Origin: an uncultured Verrucomicrobiae bacterium
GTDB lineage: Bacteria > Verrucomicrobiota > Verrucomicrobiia > Chthoniobacterales > UBA10450
DNA: 64,000 bases
Direction of reading: 5' to 3'
NCBI GenBank assembly: GCA_963772365.1
Contig: CAVYXA010000001.1
Span: 704,001 to 768,000, forward strand
A program made the position numbers and the translations under genes. The notes beneath the pieces are model-generated. The model worked only from the letters and a program-made list of their open reading frames with translations. It did not search any database and was not told the origin of the DNA. This document shows positions 13,455 to 24,846 of this stretch, piece after piece. Position 1 is the first letter of the stretch; the number at the start of each line of letters is the position of its first letter.

Positions 13455-14357
13455 ATGCAAATCCGATCTCGCTCTGCGCTCTTCGTTTCCCTTGTTCTGA
13501 TGTTCGTTCTAAGTGAAGAAGCGGCCAAGGCGGCGACCTGCTGTGTCTGGCGAGTGGTTAACTCGAAAGCGCCCTGTTATCTCGTCGGGACGGTGCATTC
13601 CTTAAAAAGCGGCGATTTCCCTCTGGCTCGCGGGTACAAAGAGGCCCTCCGCGATTCGAAGCGTTTTGTCTTCGAGATGAACCCTGATCGCGTAAATGAC
13701 TTTATCAAAAAATTCGACGCTGCTCAGGCGTATCCGAAGGGCGACGATATTCGGCGTCATGTTCACCCGAAAACATGGCAGATCATTACCGTAAACTTTT
13801 CGAGAGCGGGGATGTTTGGGAAATCGGCCCACATTGGAGAGACATATCTACCTCACGGAATCCAGCAACTCCGGCCCTGGGCGATCGCTTTTCACTTCTA
13901 CGGCATACGCGGTTACAACGATTTCAGACTTGAAGGCGTAAATAATTATTTCGCCAACCAGGGAAGACGAATGCACAAGCAACTGGCCGGGCTCGAAACC
14001 GACGACGAACATGTCGAAATACTCCGAGGGTTGAATGATATCGAGTCAGAACTCATCTTGCTTGACGCAATTACCCACCGTGAAAAGGCTCGCGGCGAGC
14101 TCTACCGTTCGCATGCCGCCTGGAAACGAGGCGATGCCGCAACTGTCTGGGCCATCCATCAGCGCTTTCGCAATCTCGATCCCGGCGCTGACGTTCGATT
14201 GCTCGACATCCGCAACGTGAAATGGGTGCCTAAAATTCGAGCCGAATTTAATAGCGGCACGCCGACGTCGATCGTGGTGGGCGTCGCTCACATGCTTGGC
14301 CCGAATGGACTGATTGCGCTTTTGCAGCGCAATCACTTCAAGTTTGAACAGCTCTAA
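13455..14357 (+). CDS. TraB/GumN family protein
   Basis: YLVGTVH, GLET, RNVKW, VVGVAHMLGPNGLIALL. Confidence 0.88.
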   Translation: MQIRSRSALFVSLVLMFVLSEEAAKAATCCVWRVVNSKAPCYLVGTVHSLKSGDFPLARGYKEALRDSKRFVFEMNPDRVNDFIKKFDAAQAYPKGDDIRRHVHPKTWQIITVNFSRAGMFGKSAHIGETYLPHGIQQLRPWAIAFHFYGIRGYNDFRLEGVNNYFANQGRRMHKQLAGLETDDEHVEILRGLNDIESELILLDAITHREKARGELYRSHAAWKRGDAATVWAIHQRFRNLDPGADVRLLDIRNVKWVPKIRAEFNSGTPTSIVVGVAHMLGPNGLIALLQRNHFKFEQL

Positions 14358-14401
14358 TATGCCCGGCGGGCTCAGCGATCCCGCCCTACCACTTTCTCAA
14401 A

Positions 14402-15739
14402 TCACAGACCACTCGGGAACGTCTCCTCGACTTCGCCCGCTTCCCATTCAGCGCTGCGCTCCAACGGTTCGACCGCGCGTGTGTGATCATAATGAAGGAT
14501 GCCGTCGAATTGATTCGGCAAAGACGCATAAAAATAATGGCTGACCCTTTCCGTTTCCGGACGATAAATCACACCAATAGCGCGTTCGAGCCGGTCGATC
14601 CGCAATCGCGACGCGAGATCCGTATCATCGCGCAGTCGCAAAAAGAAATTTGGAACATCGACATCGTGAAACAGCGCTTCGTAACTTTCCGTCAATGCTG
14701 GCCGGACATTCTTTCGTTCCGCCGGTGCATCCCAGTCGGACGCCGCCATCACTGTGCCATGATATGTGGTAAATCCGAGCGAGACCGCAGCTTTGCCAAA
14801 ACGTTGCCGCACCAGCTGTCCAAGATTCAACTCGCCGCGTTCACTCATTTGTGTCGCCCGGGCATCGCCCAGATGTGAGTTATGGGCCCAGACGATAATC
14901 CGGGCGGGTCGGGAAGTTTTTTGTGATTTGTCGAGATGTTTTGTTAAGCTCTCCAGCGAATCCATCATGTGGGTATCGCGCAGATTCCAGGAATTAAACT
15001 CGCGGCGAAACATGTTCCGGTAATATTCCTCGGCATCCCGAACGACCAGCGCGTTCTGCTCGGCGCAAAAATAGGCGTCGGCGGCGATTTGTCCGTCGCG
15101 CTGCAGGTATTCCATCGCTTTCATCCGCAGCGCGATCAGTTCCTTTACTACTTCTTCCTCGCAACCAGGGGTCAGTCCCGAGCCGGTCGCCCAACCGTAG
15201 GTCTGGATCTCCGGTCCAAAATGATCGAAACAACCATAATGATGACGGGCCCGACGAGCTGCCTCGGAGTCGACTTTACTTAAATAATCGAGAACCGCTT
15301 CGATCGATGAACGCAAACTGTAGAGATCCAGCCCGTAAAATCCGCACTTCTCCGCATCAGAAAGGCGCTCTCCGTTGTGCTCACGTAACCAGCCGACAAA
15401 ATCGAGCACATCGGCGTTCCGCCACATCCATTGCGGGAAACGTTTGAAACCGCTCAACGCTTCCACACTGTCCAGATCCTGACTGACACCGCGAACGAAA
15501 CGATTTACCCGATAGGCATCCGGCCAATCGGCTTCTACTGCAACGCCGTTAAAGCCGTGCTCTTGAATCAGCAGTTTGGAAACCTGCGCCCGAATCCGAT
15601 AGAACTCGTGCGTCCCGTGACTTGCTTCTCCAATCAGAACAAACCGGGCATCACCGATAAGCTCGAGGACAGGATCGAAATCGCCGGGCGATCCGACCAG
15701 TGGTTCTGCCTTCGTCCTAATAAGATCGACATCGTTCAT
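14402..15739 (-). CDS. Erythromycin esterase family protein
   Basis: LIGEASHGTHEFY, VEADWPDA, WMWRN, VWAHNSHLGDARAT, ERAIGVIY. Confidence 0.92.
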   Translation of the reverse strand: MNDVDLIRTKAEPLVGSPGDFDPVLELIGDARFVLIGEASHGTHEFYRIRAQVSKLLIQEHGFNGVAVEADWPDAYRVNRFVRGVSQDLDSVEALSGFKRFPQWMWRNADVLDFVGWLREHNGERLSDAEKCGFYGLDLYSLRSSIEAVLDYLSKVDSEAARRARHHYGCFDHFGPEIQTYGWATGSGLTPGCEEEVVKELIALRMKAMEYLQRDGQIAADAYFCAEQNALVVRDAEEYYRNMFRREFNSWNLRDTHMMDSLESLTKHLDKSQKTSRPARIIVWAHNSHLGDARATQMSERGELNLGQLVRQRFGKAAVSLGFTTYHGTVMAASDWDAPAERKNVRPALTESYEALFHDVDVPNFFLRLRDDTDLASRLRIDRLERAIGVIYRPETERVSHYFYASLPNQFDGILHYDHTRAVEPLERSAEWEAGEVEETFPSGL

Positions 15740-15749
15740 TCGCAGATCA

Positions 15750-15944
15750 TCACGCGTGCCGAGCCGAAGGCCTGGTTTGGTGAGCGTGCTCACGAATGGC
15801 ATGCGCGACTGCTTCAATCAAGATACCGATAGTAATCGCAAAGCCTATCAACAGAAACACCGGGTGAACAGCGATCGCCAGCCCGATCGACAGCGCGATC
15901 ATCAACACCACCGTTGGGGAATCAAAGAAATGCATCTTTTTCAT
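15750..15944 (-). CDS. Small membrane protein
   Basis: Strong AGGAGGAG RBS; two hydrophobic helices. Confidence 0.6.
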   Translation of the reverse strand: MKKMHFFDSPTVVLMIALSIGLAIAVHPVFLLIGFAITIGILIEAVAHAIREHAHQTRPSARHA

Positions 15945-16070
15945 ATCACTCCTCCTGTTGAGTGATGCTAATCGGTTGATTCCCCAACTGATAACCGCCA
16001 CTTGGCTTTCGCTGAGCAAAAATTGCGCGCCAGCGACTCCAAAATTGGATCGCGGGAATTTCTGCGCGGC

Positions 16071-17099
16071 TCATTCGCTTTCCAACAGCGCAGCCAAACC
16101 TGCAGCGACCAGCGCGGCCGCCCCGGCAAAAAGCCAAACGCGATGCTCGCTCGACCATAACTGCGGGCTAAAACTCCGCGCCCGCGCATCGAATGCACCA
16201 TGGGCACCGTGATCACCGGCCACGGGTTCCCACAGATTGTCCGGACGATTGGGATCTTCCGGACCGTCATATTGCTGCGATTGATAGCCGTTCCGGGCCA
16301 GAATATGATCGAGAAGACCAGGCGCGATTTTGTTAGCCACGATGGCTTTGACTGATGGCAGACCGACGTAAAACTCGCGCCGAGGATGATGGGCGGCGAA
16401 ATAAATCGCCTCAGCCGCGACTTCGGGTTGGAAGATTGGCGGAACGGGTTGCGCCTTGTGAGGCAAACGACTTTTGACCCAGCCAAACTGCGGCGTGTTC
16501 AAGGCCGGCATTTGCACCATCGTCAGGCGCACTGCGCTTTTGTCATGAAGCAATTCGCAACGCAACGAATCGCAAAAGCCCTGAATCGCATGCTTCGCGG
16601 CGCAATAGGCAGCCTGCAACGGGATTCCTCGATAAGCCAGCGCGCTGCCCACTTGAACGATCACTCCGCGATTGCGTGGCAACATGCGTTTCAGCGCAGC
16701 CAGAGTGCCATTCACACATCCCAGATAGGTGACGTCCGTGACACGCTTGAATTCCTGCGGCGTCATCTGTTTGACTGGAGAAAATACCGACGTCATCGCG
16801 TTGTTAATCCAGATGTCGATCCTGCCCAGGTCCGCCTCGATTTTTGCCGCGGCGGCTTCTACATCGTCGCCATTCGCTACGTCTACCGGAACGACGAGCG
16901 CCTGACCCCCAAGTTCTTCCACGTCTTTTCGCGCGCCTTCCAAACCATCTTGGCCTCGCGCCAGCAATGCGACGGAAGCGCCATGTTTGGCAAATTTTCG
17001 AGCGGTAGCCCGCCCCACGCCGGCCGATGCGCCGGTAATGACGACTGTTTTTGCTGCCCTATCGCGAACGCGTTGCCCAATCACATAATAAAATCGCAC
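16071..17099 (-). CDS. SDR family oxidoreductase
   Basis: [17 protein letters not shown]-terminal hydrophobic tail. Confidence 0.93.
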   Translation of the reverse strand: MRFYYVIGQRVRDRAAKTVVITGASAGVGRATARKFAKHGASVALLARGQDGLEGARKDVEELGGQALVVPVDVANGDDVEAAAAKIEADLGRIDIWINNAMTSVFSPVKQMTPQEFKRVTDVTYLGCVNGTLAALKRMLPRNRGVIVQVGSALAYRGIPLQAAYCAAKHAIQGFCDSLRCELLHDKSAVRLTMVQMPALNTPQFGWVKSRLPHKAQPVPPIFQPEVAAEAIYFAAHHPRREFYVGLPSVKAIVANKIAPGLLDHILARNGYQSQQYDGPEDPNRPDNLWEPVAGDHGAHGAFDARARSFSPQLWSSEHRVWLFAGAAALVAAGLAALLESE

Positions 17100-17120
17100 G
17101 CGTCGGCGTTTCCGCGCGTT

Positions 17121-18071
17121 TCATTCTGAATCCGTTGTCGCTGGCTGTTTCACATCGGCATCCGATTTTTCTCCGACCCGCTTGGCGTGAGTTTCCGGCA
17201 CAATCCTCACACCATAACGGCGGGCATAAACTTGAGTAAATTCCGCTCCCAGGAAACTGATGAGAGCGGAGTAATAAACCCAAATCAGAAGAATAACGAG
17301 AGAACCCGCTGCGCCAAACGCGCTCGCAGTTGCCGTCTGCCCGATATAAACACCAAGCAAATATTTACCGCTGGTAAAAAGCGCCGCGCTCACAGCCGCC
17401 CCGATCCATACGTCTTTCCAGCGAATCTGAACGTCGGGAAGATACTTATAGATCATGGCAAAGAGCGCGCCGATAACGAGGAAAGAGACGATGATGTTCA
17501 ATGCCTGCCAGAATGCGGGCATGCCGCTCACGCCTTCCATGTAGCCTTGCGCAGCGGAAATACCGGCGCTGATCACGAGCGAGACTATTAAAATAAATCC
17601 CACACCAATTGCGATCCCAAAGGAACGCAATCGATCGAGCACGAGTTGCAGAATTACACCGCGCTTCGGGTTTGCCTGAACGTCCCAGATTTTGTTCAAC
17701 GCAGCCTGCAACTCGGAAAAAACACAGGATGCGCCAAGCAGGAGAGTCACTACGCCGGTGAGAATTGCCCAAACGCTTTTGCCGAACCCACTCGACGCCT
17801 CCATCACATCACGGATCGCCTTTGCCCCGCGCGCGCCAACCAGCTTTTGAATTTCCGATGTGATTCGATCGATCGCTGTTTCTCGCGCGTAAAAGAAACT
17901 GGCGATGCCAGCAACAATCAGCAGCACCGGCGCGATGGAAAAGAGTGTGTAAAACGCCAGGGAGGCAGCCAGGCGAAACGTGTCATCGTACCACCATTCC
18001 TGGAAAGTGATCTTCGTCACTTGCCAGACTTCTCCCAGCTTTGCGCGAAACGAATTGTCGATCTTGTTCAT
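17121..18071 (-). CDS. YihY/BrkB family membrane protein
   Basis: AASLAFYTLFSIAP, YKYLPD, GAAGSLVILLIWVYYS, GAEF. Confidence 0.93.
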   Translation of the reverse strand: MNKIDNSFRAKLGEVWQVTKITFQEWWYDDTFRLAASLAFYTLFSIAPVLLIVAGIASFFYARETAIDRITSEIQKLVGARGAKAIRDVMEASSGFGKSVWAILTGVVTLLLGASCVFSELQAALNKIWDVQANPKRGVILQLVLDRLRSFGIAIGVGFILIVSLVISAGISAAQGYMEGVSGMPAFWQALNIIVSFLVIGALFAMIYKYLPDVQIRWKDVWIGAAVSAALFTSGKYLLGVYIGQTATASAFGAAGSLVILLIWVYYSALISFLGAEFTQVYARRYGVRIVPETHAKRVGEKSDADVKQPATTDSE

Positions 18072-18088
18072 CGGCGGAAAACATCGGC

Positions 18089-21000
18089 TTAACGCTTTCG
18101 CCTGACCGCACGGCAGATGAGCGAACCTGCCAGCAAAGCAGCACCCGCGACCAGAAACCCGAGAACAGAAGCAGTCGAATACTCGCGCGGCGAAGGAGTG
18201 ATATAATCTCGTTCCGGATAATTACCGACCGCACCGCGCGGCCCTTCTTGAATCGCCATTTTCACCACTTCCGCGAAATGCAGCGGCACGCGATCGCTCA
18301 TCTGTCGCACCTGCTCGCGACAACTGAATCCATCCGCGATGATCAGGGTGTCGAGCGAAGCATCGCGCACGGCGGGGAGCAGGACCCGCTCGCCACAGGC
18401 CAGTGAAACATCGAGGTGATCTTTTTCAAAACCAAACGCGCCTGCCATTCCGCAGCAGCCGGTGTCTGGGCACTTGAGCTCAAGTCCCATCTTCTTCAGC
18501 AACTCCTTTTCGCAATCGAAATTCAAGACAGCTTTTTCATGACAGTGACCATGCACGACCGCTGTCCGTTGCAGTTTTGGCATGTCGTAGCTCGACGCGT
18601 GCTCCTGTAGGAATTCCGCCAGCGTGAATGTCTGTTTGCAAAGACGCCGCGCATCCTGGTTCTGCGGAAATAACTCGATCAATTCGTCGCGGAAAACGGC
18701 AGTGCAGCTCGGCTCCAGCCCGACCATCGGTGTGCCGGCCTCGATCTCGTCTTTCAATGATCGCAAAATCTGTTGGAGCCAGCGCTTCGCTGTGTCGAGC
18801 ATTCCGTAATCGTAAAGCGGTCGACCACAGCAAAGATCGACATCGGGAATGGCCACTTCGAATCCCGCTTCCTCGAGCACTTCCACTGCGGCTTTGGCCG
18901 TTTCGGGATGGAAGAAATTGTTAAACGTATCTGGCCAGAGAATCACGCGGCCATTTTTTCCCGGACGTTGTGATCGGCGGCGAAACCATGCTGTAAATGT
19001 TTCGGAGGCGAATCCCGGCATCTCTCTTTGTTGGGCGACACCGATGAGAGCCTTGACGAAGTTGCTAATGATCGGCGCCCGATTGAAAAAATTAACCACG
19101 GCCGGCGCGATCGTAGCCAATTGCGCCCAGACATGGATGAGACCGAACACGTAGGTGTGAATCGGTCGAACTCGCCCGTGATAATAATGGGACAGAAATT
19201 CGGCTTTGTATGTCGCCATGTCCACGTTCACGGGGCAATCGCTCTTGCAACCCTTGCACGCCAGACACAGATCGAGCGCTTCGTGCACATGCTTATCGCG
19301 CCAGAGATTTATCTCCGCGCCATTTAGCATTTCCCAAAGCAAACGGGCTCGCCCGCGGGTCGAATGCATCTCCTCGCGCGTAACCATGTAACTTGGGCAC
19401 ATGGTGCCGCCTTCATGTCGACGACATTTGCCGACGCCAACACATCGCTCCATCGCGTAGGAAAAACTGCCCTTGTCTTTTGGATATTGAAAATATGTCG
19501 TGGGTTGCGGTGGATCGTATTTTTCTCCGTAGCGCAGGTTCTGATCTCGATGGTACGGAAGAACGATTTTCCCCGGATTCATTTTCCAATCCGGGTCCCA
19601 GATCTGTTTGAACTCGACAAACGCGTGGACCAATTCTTCGCCGAACATTTTCGGCAACAGTTCACCACGTGATTGCCCATCGCCGTGTTCGCCGGAAAGT
19701 GAGCCGCCGTAACGCGCGACCAGATCGGCCGCATCGTTGGTGAAAGCGAGATATTTTTGAATTCCGGCGTGGTTTTTCAGGCCGAAATCAATCCGGGTAT
19801 GGACCAGTCCCTGGCCAAAATGACCGTAAAGCGTGCAAAGATAATCATATTTATCTAGCAGCGCTCGAAAATCGCGAAGGTACTTGCCAATGTCGTTGGG
19901 CGAAACGGCCGAATCTTCCCACCCTTCCCATGTGTCCGGTTCGTCCGGCACTCGCGCGCTCGCACCCAAACCGGAATCGCGGATTTCCCAGATCACCTTT
20001 TCATGCAGCGGGTCATCCACCAACTTCATCGACGGCGCATTTGCCTGTTTCTTGAGCTCGGCCATGAGCTCCCGGGCGGGCGCGTCCGCTTCTTCCACGG
20101 TCTTTCCGCCGAACTCCACAACCAGCCAGCCGTTTCCTTCGGGCAGAATCGTCAGGTCACGCGGATGGATGTGCTTCTTTTTCATGTCGTTGATCAGCAC
20201 ACTGTCGATCCCCTCGAGGCCGACGGGCTTATATTTGCGGATTTCCGGAATGTGATCGCCGGCCCGATACACATCCGGATAACCGAGCACGAGAATCGAA
20301 CGGACTGATGGATCGGGTATTACCTCCAATGTCGCTTCGAGAATCAACACGCAGGTGCTTTCAGTACCGACCAGTGCCCGAGCGACATTGAAATTTTTCT
20401 CAGGCAAAAGTTCATCCAGATTGTAACCGGAGACTCGGCGTGGGATTTTTGGAAACCGTTGCCGGACCTGGTCGCCGTATTTGTCTCTCAGATCGAGAAG
20501 TTGTTTGTAAATCTCTCCGCGCCGGCCGCCTTCGCGAATGATCTGCTCAAGATCGACATCGTCCGTTTCCCCAACACGCAAAATCGTGCCGTCGTAAAGT
20601 AACACTTCCATCTCGCGCACATTGTCGGACGTACGCGCGCCGCCGCCGTAGAACTCCGCCATCACGGAATGCACTCCGCACGAGTTGTTGCCAAGCATTC
20701 CGCCAATGGCGCAATGATTATGCGTGGCTGGATCTGGCCCAAAAACCAGGTTGTATTTCTTGAGCGCGTGTTGCAGTTCGTCCAAAACAATTCCCGGCTC
20801 GACTCGCGCCAGCTTTTTCTCCGGATCGATTTCGATCACGTGATTCATGTATTTGGTGAAATCGATAATAACGGCGACGTTGCAGCATTGGCCCGCCAGA
20901 CTGGTTCCCCCACCCCGACAAGTGATCGGGGCGCCAAATTTTCGACAGGCGGCGACGGCCGCGATCACATCGCCGCGATCGCGCGGAATCACCACGCCAA

Positions 21001-21136
21001 TTGGAATTTGCCGGTAATTCGAGCTGTCTGTGGAATAGAGGGCGCGATCGCCGTCGCTGAAGCGCACTTCACCTTGAACCGTCTGAAGCAGCTCGTCTTC
21101 GAGCTCGCTAACATCGACATCCAACCGCTTGTGCAT
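18089..21136 (-). CDS. FAD-linked oxidase with 4Fe-4S and CCG domains (GlcD/GlcF-type fusion)
   Basis: RGGGTSLAGQ, GEHGDG, CVGVGKC, CLACKGCKSDCP, CCGRP, CCGMAGAFG. Confidence 0.93.
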   Translation of the reverse strand: MHKRLDVDVSELEDELLQTVQGEVRFSDGDRALYSTDSSNYRQIPIGVVIPRDRGDVIAAVAACRKFGAPITCRGGGTSLAGQCCNVAVIIDFTKYMNHVIEIDPEKKLARVEPGIVLDELQHALKKYNLVFGPDPATHNHCAIGGMLGNNSCGVHSVMAEFYGGGARTSDNVREMEVLLYDGTILRVGETDDVDLEQIIREGGRRGEIYKQLLDLRDKYGDQVRQRFPKIPRRVSGYNLDELLPEKNFNVARALVGTESTCVLILEATLEVIPDPSVRSILVLGYPDVYRAGDHIPEIRKYKPVGLEGIDSVLINDMKKKHIHPRDLTILPEGNGWLVVEFGGKTVEEADAPARELMAELKKQANAPSMKLVDDPLHEKVIWEIRDSGLGASARVPDEPDTWEGWEDSAVSPNDIGKYLRDFRALLDKYDYLCTLYGHFGQGLVHTRIDFGLKNHAGIQKYLAFTNDAADLVARYGGSLSGEHGDGQSRGELLPKMFGEELVHAFVEFKQIWDPDWKMNPGKIVLPYHRDQNLRYGEKYDPPQPTTYFQYPKDKGSFSYAMERCVGVGKCRRHEGGTMCPSYMVTREEMHSTRGRARLLWEMLNGAEINLWRDKHVHEALDLCLACKGCKSDCPVNVDMATYKAEFLSHYYHGRVRPIHTYVFGLIHVWAQLATIAPAVVNFFNRAPIISNFVKALIGVAQQREMPGFASETFTAWFRRRSQRPGKNGRVILWPDTFNNFFHPETAKAAVEVLEEAGFEVAIPDVDLCCGRPLYDYGMLDTAKRWLQQILRSLKDEIEAGTPMVGLEPSCTAVFRDELIELFPQNQDARRLCKQTFTLAEFLQEHASSYDMPKLQRTAVVHGHCHEKAVLNFDCEKELLKKMGLELKCPDTGCCGMAGAFGFEKDHLDVSLACGERVLLPAVRDASLDTLIIADGFSCREQVRQMSDRVPLHFAEVVKMAIQEGPRGAVGNYPERDYITPSPREYSTASVLGFLVAGAALLAGSLICRAVRRKR

Positions 21137-21160
21137 TCCTGTGATATTTCCTCATCTGGT

Positions 21161-21688
21161 TCAGGTCTTCTTTTGTGTCGCGGCGTAAGCGCGATGCAGA
21201 AAATCCGAAACCGCTACGCTGCTAAGAATTGCTGAGAGAAAACGCGCTCTTTTTGGTGCGAATACGAAACCAAACGCCAATGCAGCTGCGCACCACGGCC
21301 CCATGCAATACGGACACGAAATCAAGTTGCCGATTCCGCGCTGGATACCATGCCCCCGTGGTTCTTCTTCTACTTCGCCGGCGCCGGCACTTCGTTTGTA
21401 ACTTACGAACGGAGCGCGCACGATTCCCGTAATCCGATCTTTTGCAACAAGGCGGCTCAGTTTGTGTGTCGCGACCCCGAGCAATGCCAGATCAAACAGA
21501 TCGAATCGTCGCGGCAACAGACCGCGTTTCCATGCGCTGCCGGTCAAGGTGGCGACGCTCGCCAGATAAAACGCCATCATCGATGCGTATTCAGCGAGCA
21601 ATTGCTCTTCGCATTCCTCTTTTTCCTCAGTCTTCTCGCCGTATCTCTCGATGGAAAAATCGGTCTCGGTCGACGGTGATCGATTCAC
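21161..21688 (-). CDS. DUF1360 family membrane protein
   Basis: ATHKLSRLVAKD...RAPF, LISCPYCMGPW; start codon uncertain. Confidence 0.8.
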   Translation of the reverse strand: MNRSPSTETDFSIERYGEKTEEKEECEEQLLAEYASMMAFYLASVATLTGSAWKRGLLPRRFDLFDLALLGVATHKLSRLVAKDRITGIVRAPFVSYKRSAGAGEVEEEPRGHGIQRGIGNLISCPYCMGPWCAAALAFGFVFAPKRARFLSAILSSVAVSDFLHRAYAATQKKT

Positions 21689-21746
21689 ATAATTATATCG
21701 CAAGGCTTCGCGGGTTCGCGCGTGGAAGACCGGCAAGATGCCAAGT

Positions 21747-22850
21747 TTAAATCGCGAACTTCTCCGCATCCGCCCGTTTCAAGGTGAGTCCCAGCCCCGG
21801 CTGGTCGAGATTGGGACGAAGCGCGCCGCTTTCAGGACCAGGAAAGCCGTCAAACAACATTCGCTCGATTCGAACGTGATCGTGAAAATACTCGGCATGG
21901 ACTAGTGGGCCTGCGGCACAGCTCACGTGGACATGCAGTGCGGGTGCGCAATGCGCCGAGAGCGGAACATGATGCGCTTCACAAAGCGTGGCTGCCTGCA
22001 AAAATCCAGTGAATCCGCCACACCGCGTCGCATCTGCTTGCAGAACATCGACCGCATCTGCATCCAGCATTCGTTTGAAGTAATCGATGTCGTAACCGTA
22101 CTCACCTGCGGCAATATCCATTCCCCCCGGCGCGCGATCGCGCAGCAATCGCAGGCCTTTGAGATCATCGGATGAAACAGGTTCTTCAAACCATTTCACT
22201 TTGAACTCTCGAAACCGTTCCGCCTGAGCGAGCGCCTGTTTTCGCGAATACGCGCCATTCGCATCGACGAAGAGATTGACATCCTCGCCAATTGCTTCGC
22301 GCGCCACGCGCACCCGCTCGAGATCGATCTTCGCGTCGCGACCGATCTTCATTTTGACTCGCGGAATGCCCTGCTCCGCCCAACCGTGCAATTGATCCCG
22401 AAGTTTCTCGTTCGAATAATTCGTGAAACCGCCACTGCCGTAAATCGGCATCGTTTCGCGCACCTGACCCAACAGACTAACGAGCGGCAGATCGAGCAGT
22501 CGCGCCTTTAAATCCCATAGCGCTGTATCCACCGCCGAGATCGCCATCGAACAAATCCCCGGCCGGCCGAGATTTCGTATGGAGTGTACCATTGATATCC
22601 AAATGCCGGAGATCGACAGCGCATCGCAACCGATCACGTTTTTCTTTAGTTTATCGTCGATCAGCTTTGTCGTTGCTGTATCAGCGTAGGTGAAACCGAG
22701 TCCGGTTTTTCCGCCAGCGCGGACATCGACGATTACAATTGTCGTGCTGTCCCATTCGTAAGTGCCGTCCTGTTCCGGGCAATCCGTGGGGATCTTGAAG
22801 ACCGAGACCTTGAGATCGTCGATCGGAATCGTATCACGGCGCATTTTCAT
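21747..22850 (-). CDS. Mandelate racemase/muconate lactonizing (enolase superfamily) enzyme
   Basis: KMKIG, VDANGAY, WFEEP, AAGEY, SAHC. Confidence 0.92.
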   Translation of the reverse strand: MKMRRDTIPIDDLKVSVFKIPTDCPEQDGTYEWDSTTIVIVDVRAGGKTGLGFTYADTATTKLIDDKLKKNVIGCDALSISGIWISMVHSIRNLGRPGICSMAISAVDTALWDLKARLLDLPLVSLLGQVRETMPIYGSGGFTNYSNEKLRDQLHGWAEQGIPRVKMKIGRDAKIDLERVRVAREAIGEDVNLFVDANGAYSRKQALAQAERFREFKVKWFEEPVSSDDLKGLRLLRDRAPGGMDIAAGEYGYDIDYFKRMLDADAVDVLQADATRCGGFTGFLQAATLCEAHHVPLSAHCAPALHVHVSCAAGPLVHAEYFHDHVRIERMLFDGFPGPESGALRPNLDQPGLGLTLKRADAEKFAI

Positions 22851-22859
22851 CGCGAAACC

Positions 22860-22927
22860 TTTGGAGTGCGCGGACATGTCCGCGCTTTCAAAGCGGTCCG
22901 GCGGCTGCCGGATCGCCGCACTCCAAA
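22860..22927. repeat. REP-like palindrome TTTGGAGTGCG...CGCACTCCAAA with an internal TCCGGC-GGCT-GCCGGA hairpin
   Basis: Terminal inverted repeats visible in the sequence. Confidence 0.75.
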
Positions 22928-24718
22928 TCATTTTTTATGTGGAAGGAGGCCTTCCACGGCATCTTTAAAAGTTTGTTTGATCACATGTCCAAGATGCGGA
23001 TCTCCTTTTGCCATTGAGCTCATGAAATGTTCCGCCTGAGTAAACGTGATGTGCGGCGGCAACGTCGGTACTTCCGGATCCGTTTCGGCTTCGTAAACCA
23101 CGGGACGGTCCGATCCGAGCGCCTCGTCCCAGGCCGATCCGATTCGGTCCGGCGTATCGACCAGCATTCCGCGCAGGCCAAGCATCTCAGCATAACGAGC
23201 AAAAGAAAACTTCGGAACGGTCTGCGATGCCTGATATTTCGGATCGCCGGCGAGAACGCGCTGTTCCCATGTGACCTGGTTCAAATCGCGATTGGCCAGC
23301 ACCATCACGATCAAACGCGGATCGCTCCATTCTTTCCAGTAATTCGCGATCGTGATCAGGCAGTTGATTCCATTCATTAGCATTGCGCCGTCGCCTACCA
23401 GCGCGATTACCGGGCGATCCGGCCAGGCAAATTTCGCGGCTACCGCGTAAGGCACACCGGGCCCCATGGTCGCGAGATTACCCGAAAGCGACGCCATCAT
23501 TCCTCTGCGCACTTTCAAATCGCGCGCGAACCAATTCGCGGCGGATCCAGAATCGGAGGAGAGAATGCAATTGTCCGGCAACCGCTTCGACAATTCCCAA
23601 AAGACCCGCTGCGGGTTGATCGGCTTGGCCTCGTTCATGGCGCGGGCTTCGAGCACCTTCCACCATTCGGTCATCCCGTCTTCGATCGTCTTACGCCATT
23701 TCCGATCCTGTTTGCGAGTGAGCAACGGAATCAGCGCCCGCAAAGTCTCGGCGCTGTCTCCGACCAGATTCACTTCCGTGGGGTAACGAATACTGAGCAT
23801 CTTGGCATCGATATCGATCTGGACCCCGCGAGCCTGACCTTCCGGCGGCAAAAACTCCGAATAAGGAAAACTCGATCCAACGATCAGCAGGGTGTCGCAG
23901 TCGATCATCAAATCCCAGCTCGGCTTGGACCCGAGCAATCCAATCGGACCGGTACAGAACGGGAGATCATCCGGCAAGACCGCTTTACCTAACAAAGCCT
24001 TGGCCACGCCGGCTCCGAGAATTTCCGCAACCTCGATCACTTCATCAGTCGCGCCCAGTGCGCCAGCTCCCACAAGCATCGCTACTTTCTGGCCGGCATT
24101 GAGAACATCCGCCGCCCGGCGAAGATCGACATCTTTGGGGACCACCCGTGGCGATGAATAACCGACTCCGGAATGGACTGTGCCGTGTTTGCGCGGCGGC
24201 GTTTCAACCGCCGGCATTTCTTGAACATCATTGGGGATAATGACGCAGGTGACAGTACGTTCCGCTTTCGCGATCCGGATCGCTCGATCGATCAAATGCC
24301 GAATCTGCGCCGGGCTCGATGCCATGTGCACGTATTCGTGCGCTACGTCTTTGAACAAACTGATGAGATCGACCTCCTGCTGGTAATTTCCTCCGAGCGC
24401 CGCGCGAGCTTGTTGCCCAACAATTGCCACCACGCCCGCGTGATCCATCTTCGCATCATAAAGTCCGTTGAGCAGATGGATCGCGCCCGGTCCGGATGTC
24501 GCTAAACAAATCCCAACTTCCCCGGTGAACTTGGAATGCGCACAGGCCATGAACGCCGCCAATTCCTCATGCCGCACCTGCACGTATTCGATCGCGCCGC
24601 CGGCCCGATCGAGTGCTCCCAGGATTCCGTTAATTCCGTCGCCGGGATAGCCGTATATGCGTTTTAATCCCCATTGATTGATTCGTTTGAGCAAGAAATC
24701 ACTTACAGTTTCTGTCAT
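22928..24718 (-). CDS. TPP-dependent enzyme, pyruvate oxidase (PoxB-like) family
   Basis: GYPGDGING, VRHEE, TSGPGAIHLLNGLYDA, GDGAMLMNG...N TPP motif. Confidence 0.92.
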   Translation of the reverse strand: MTETVSDFLLKRINQWGLKRIYGYPGDGINGILGALDRAGGAIEYVQVRHEELAAFMACAHSKFTGEVGICLATSGPGAIHLLNGLYDAKMDHAGVVAIVGQQARAALGGNYQQEVDLISLFKDVAHEYVHMASSPAQIRHLIDRAIRIAKAERTVTCVIIPNDVQEMPAVETPPRKHGTVHSGVGYSSPRVVPKDVDLRRAADVLNAGQKVAMLVGAGALGATDEVIEVAEILGAGVAKALLGKAVLPDDLPFCTGPIGLLGSKPSWDLMIDCDTLLIVGSSFPYSEFLPPEGQARGVQIDIDAKMLSIRYPTEVNLVGDSAETLRALIPLLTRKQDRKWRKTIEDGMTEWWKVLEARAMNEAKPINPQRVFWELSKRLPDNCILSSDSGSAANWFARDLKVRRGMMASLSGNLATMGPGVPYAVAAKFAWPDRPVIALVGDGAMLMNGINCLITIANYWKEWSDPRLIVMVLANRDLNQVTWEQRVLAGDPKYQASQTVPKFSFARYAEMLGLRGMLVDTPDRIGSAWDEALGSDRPVVYEAETDPEVPTLPPHITFTQAEHFMSSMAKGDPHLGHVIKQTFKDAVEGLLPHKK

Positions 24719-24846
24719 AACTATCGATCCTCCTACAGTATTGCGATTTGGTAGCCCGCCATTTGTCCATTATCACAAATCGGCGCGCCCGGCGGTCGCG
24801 CCCTACCATTGATTGAAAATATTTGCGGGCTTCGATTGATCATTTG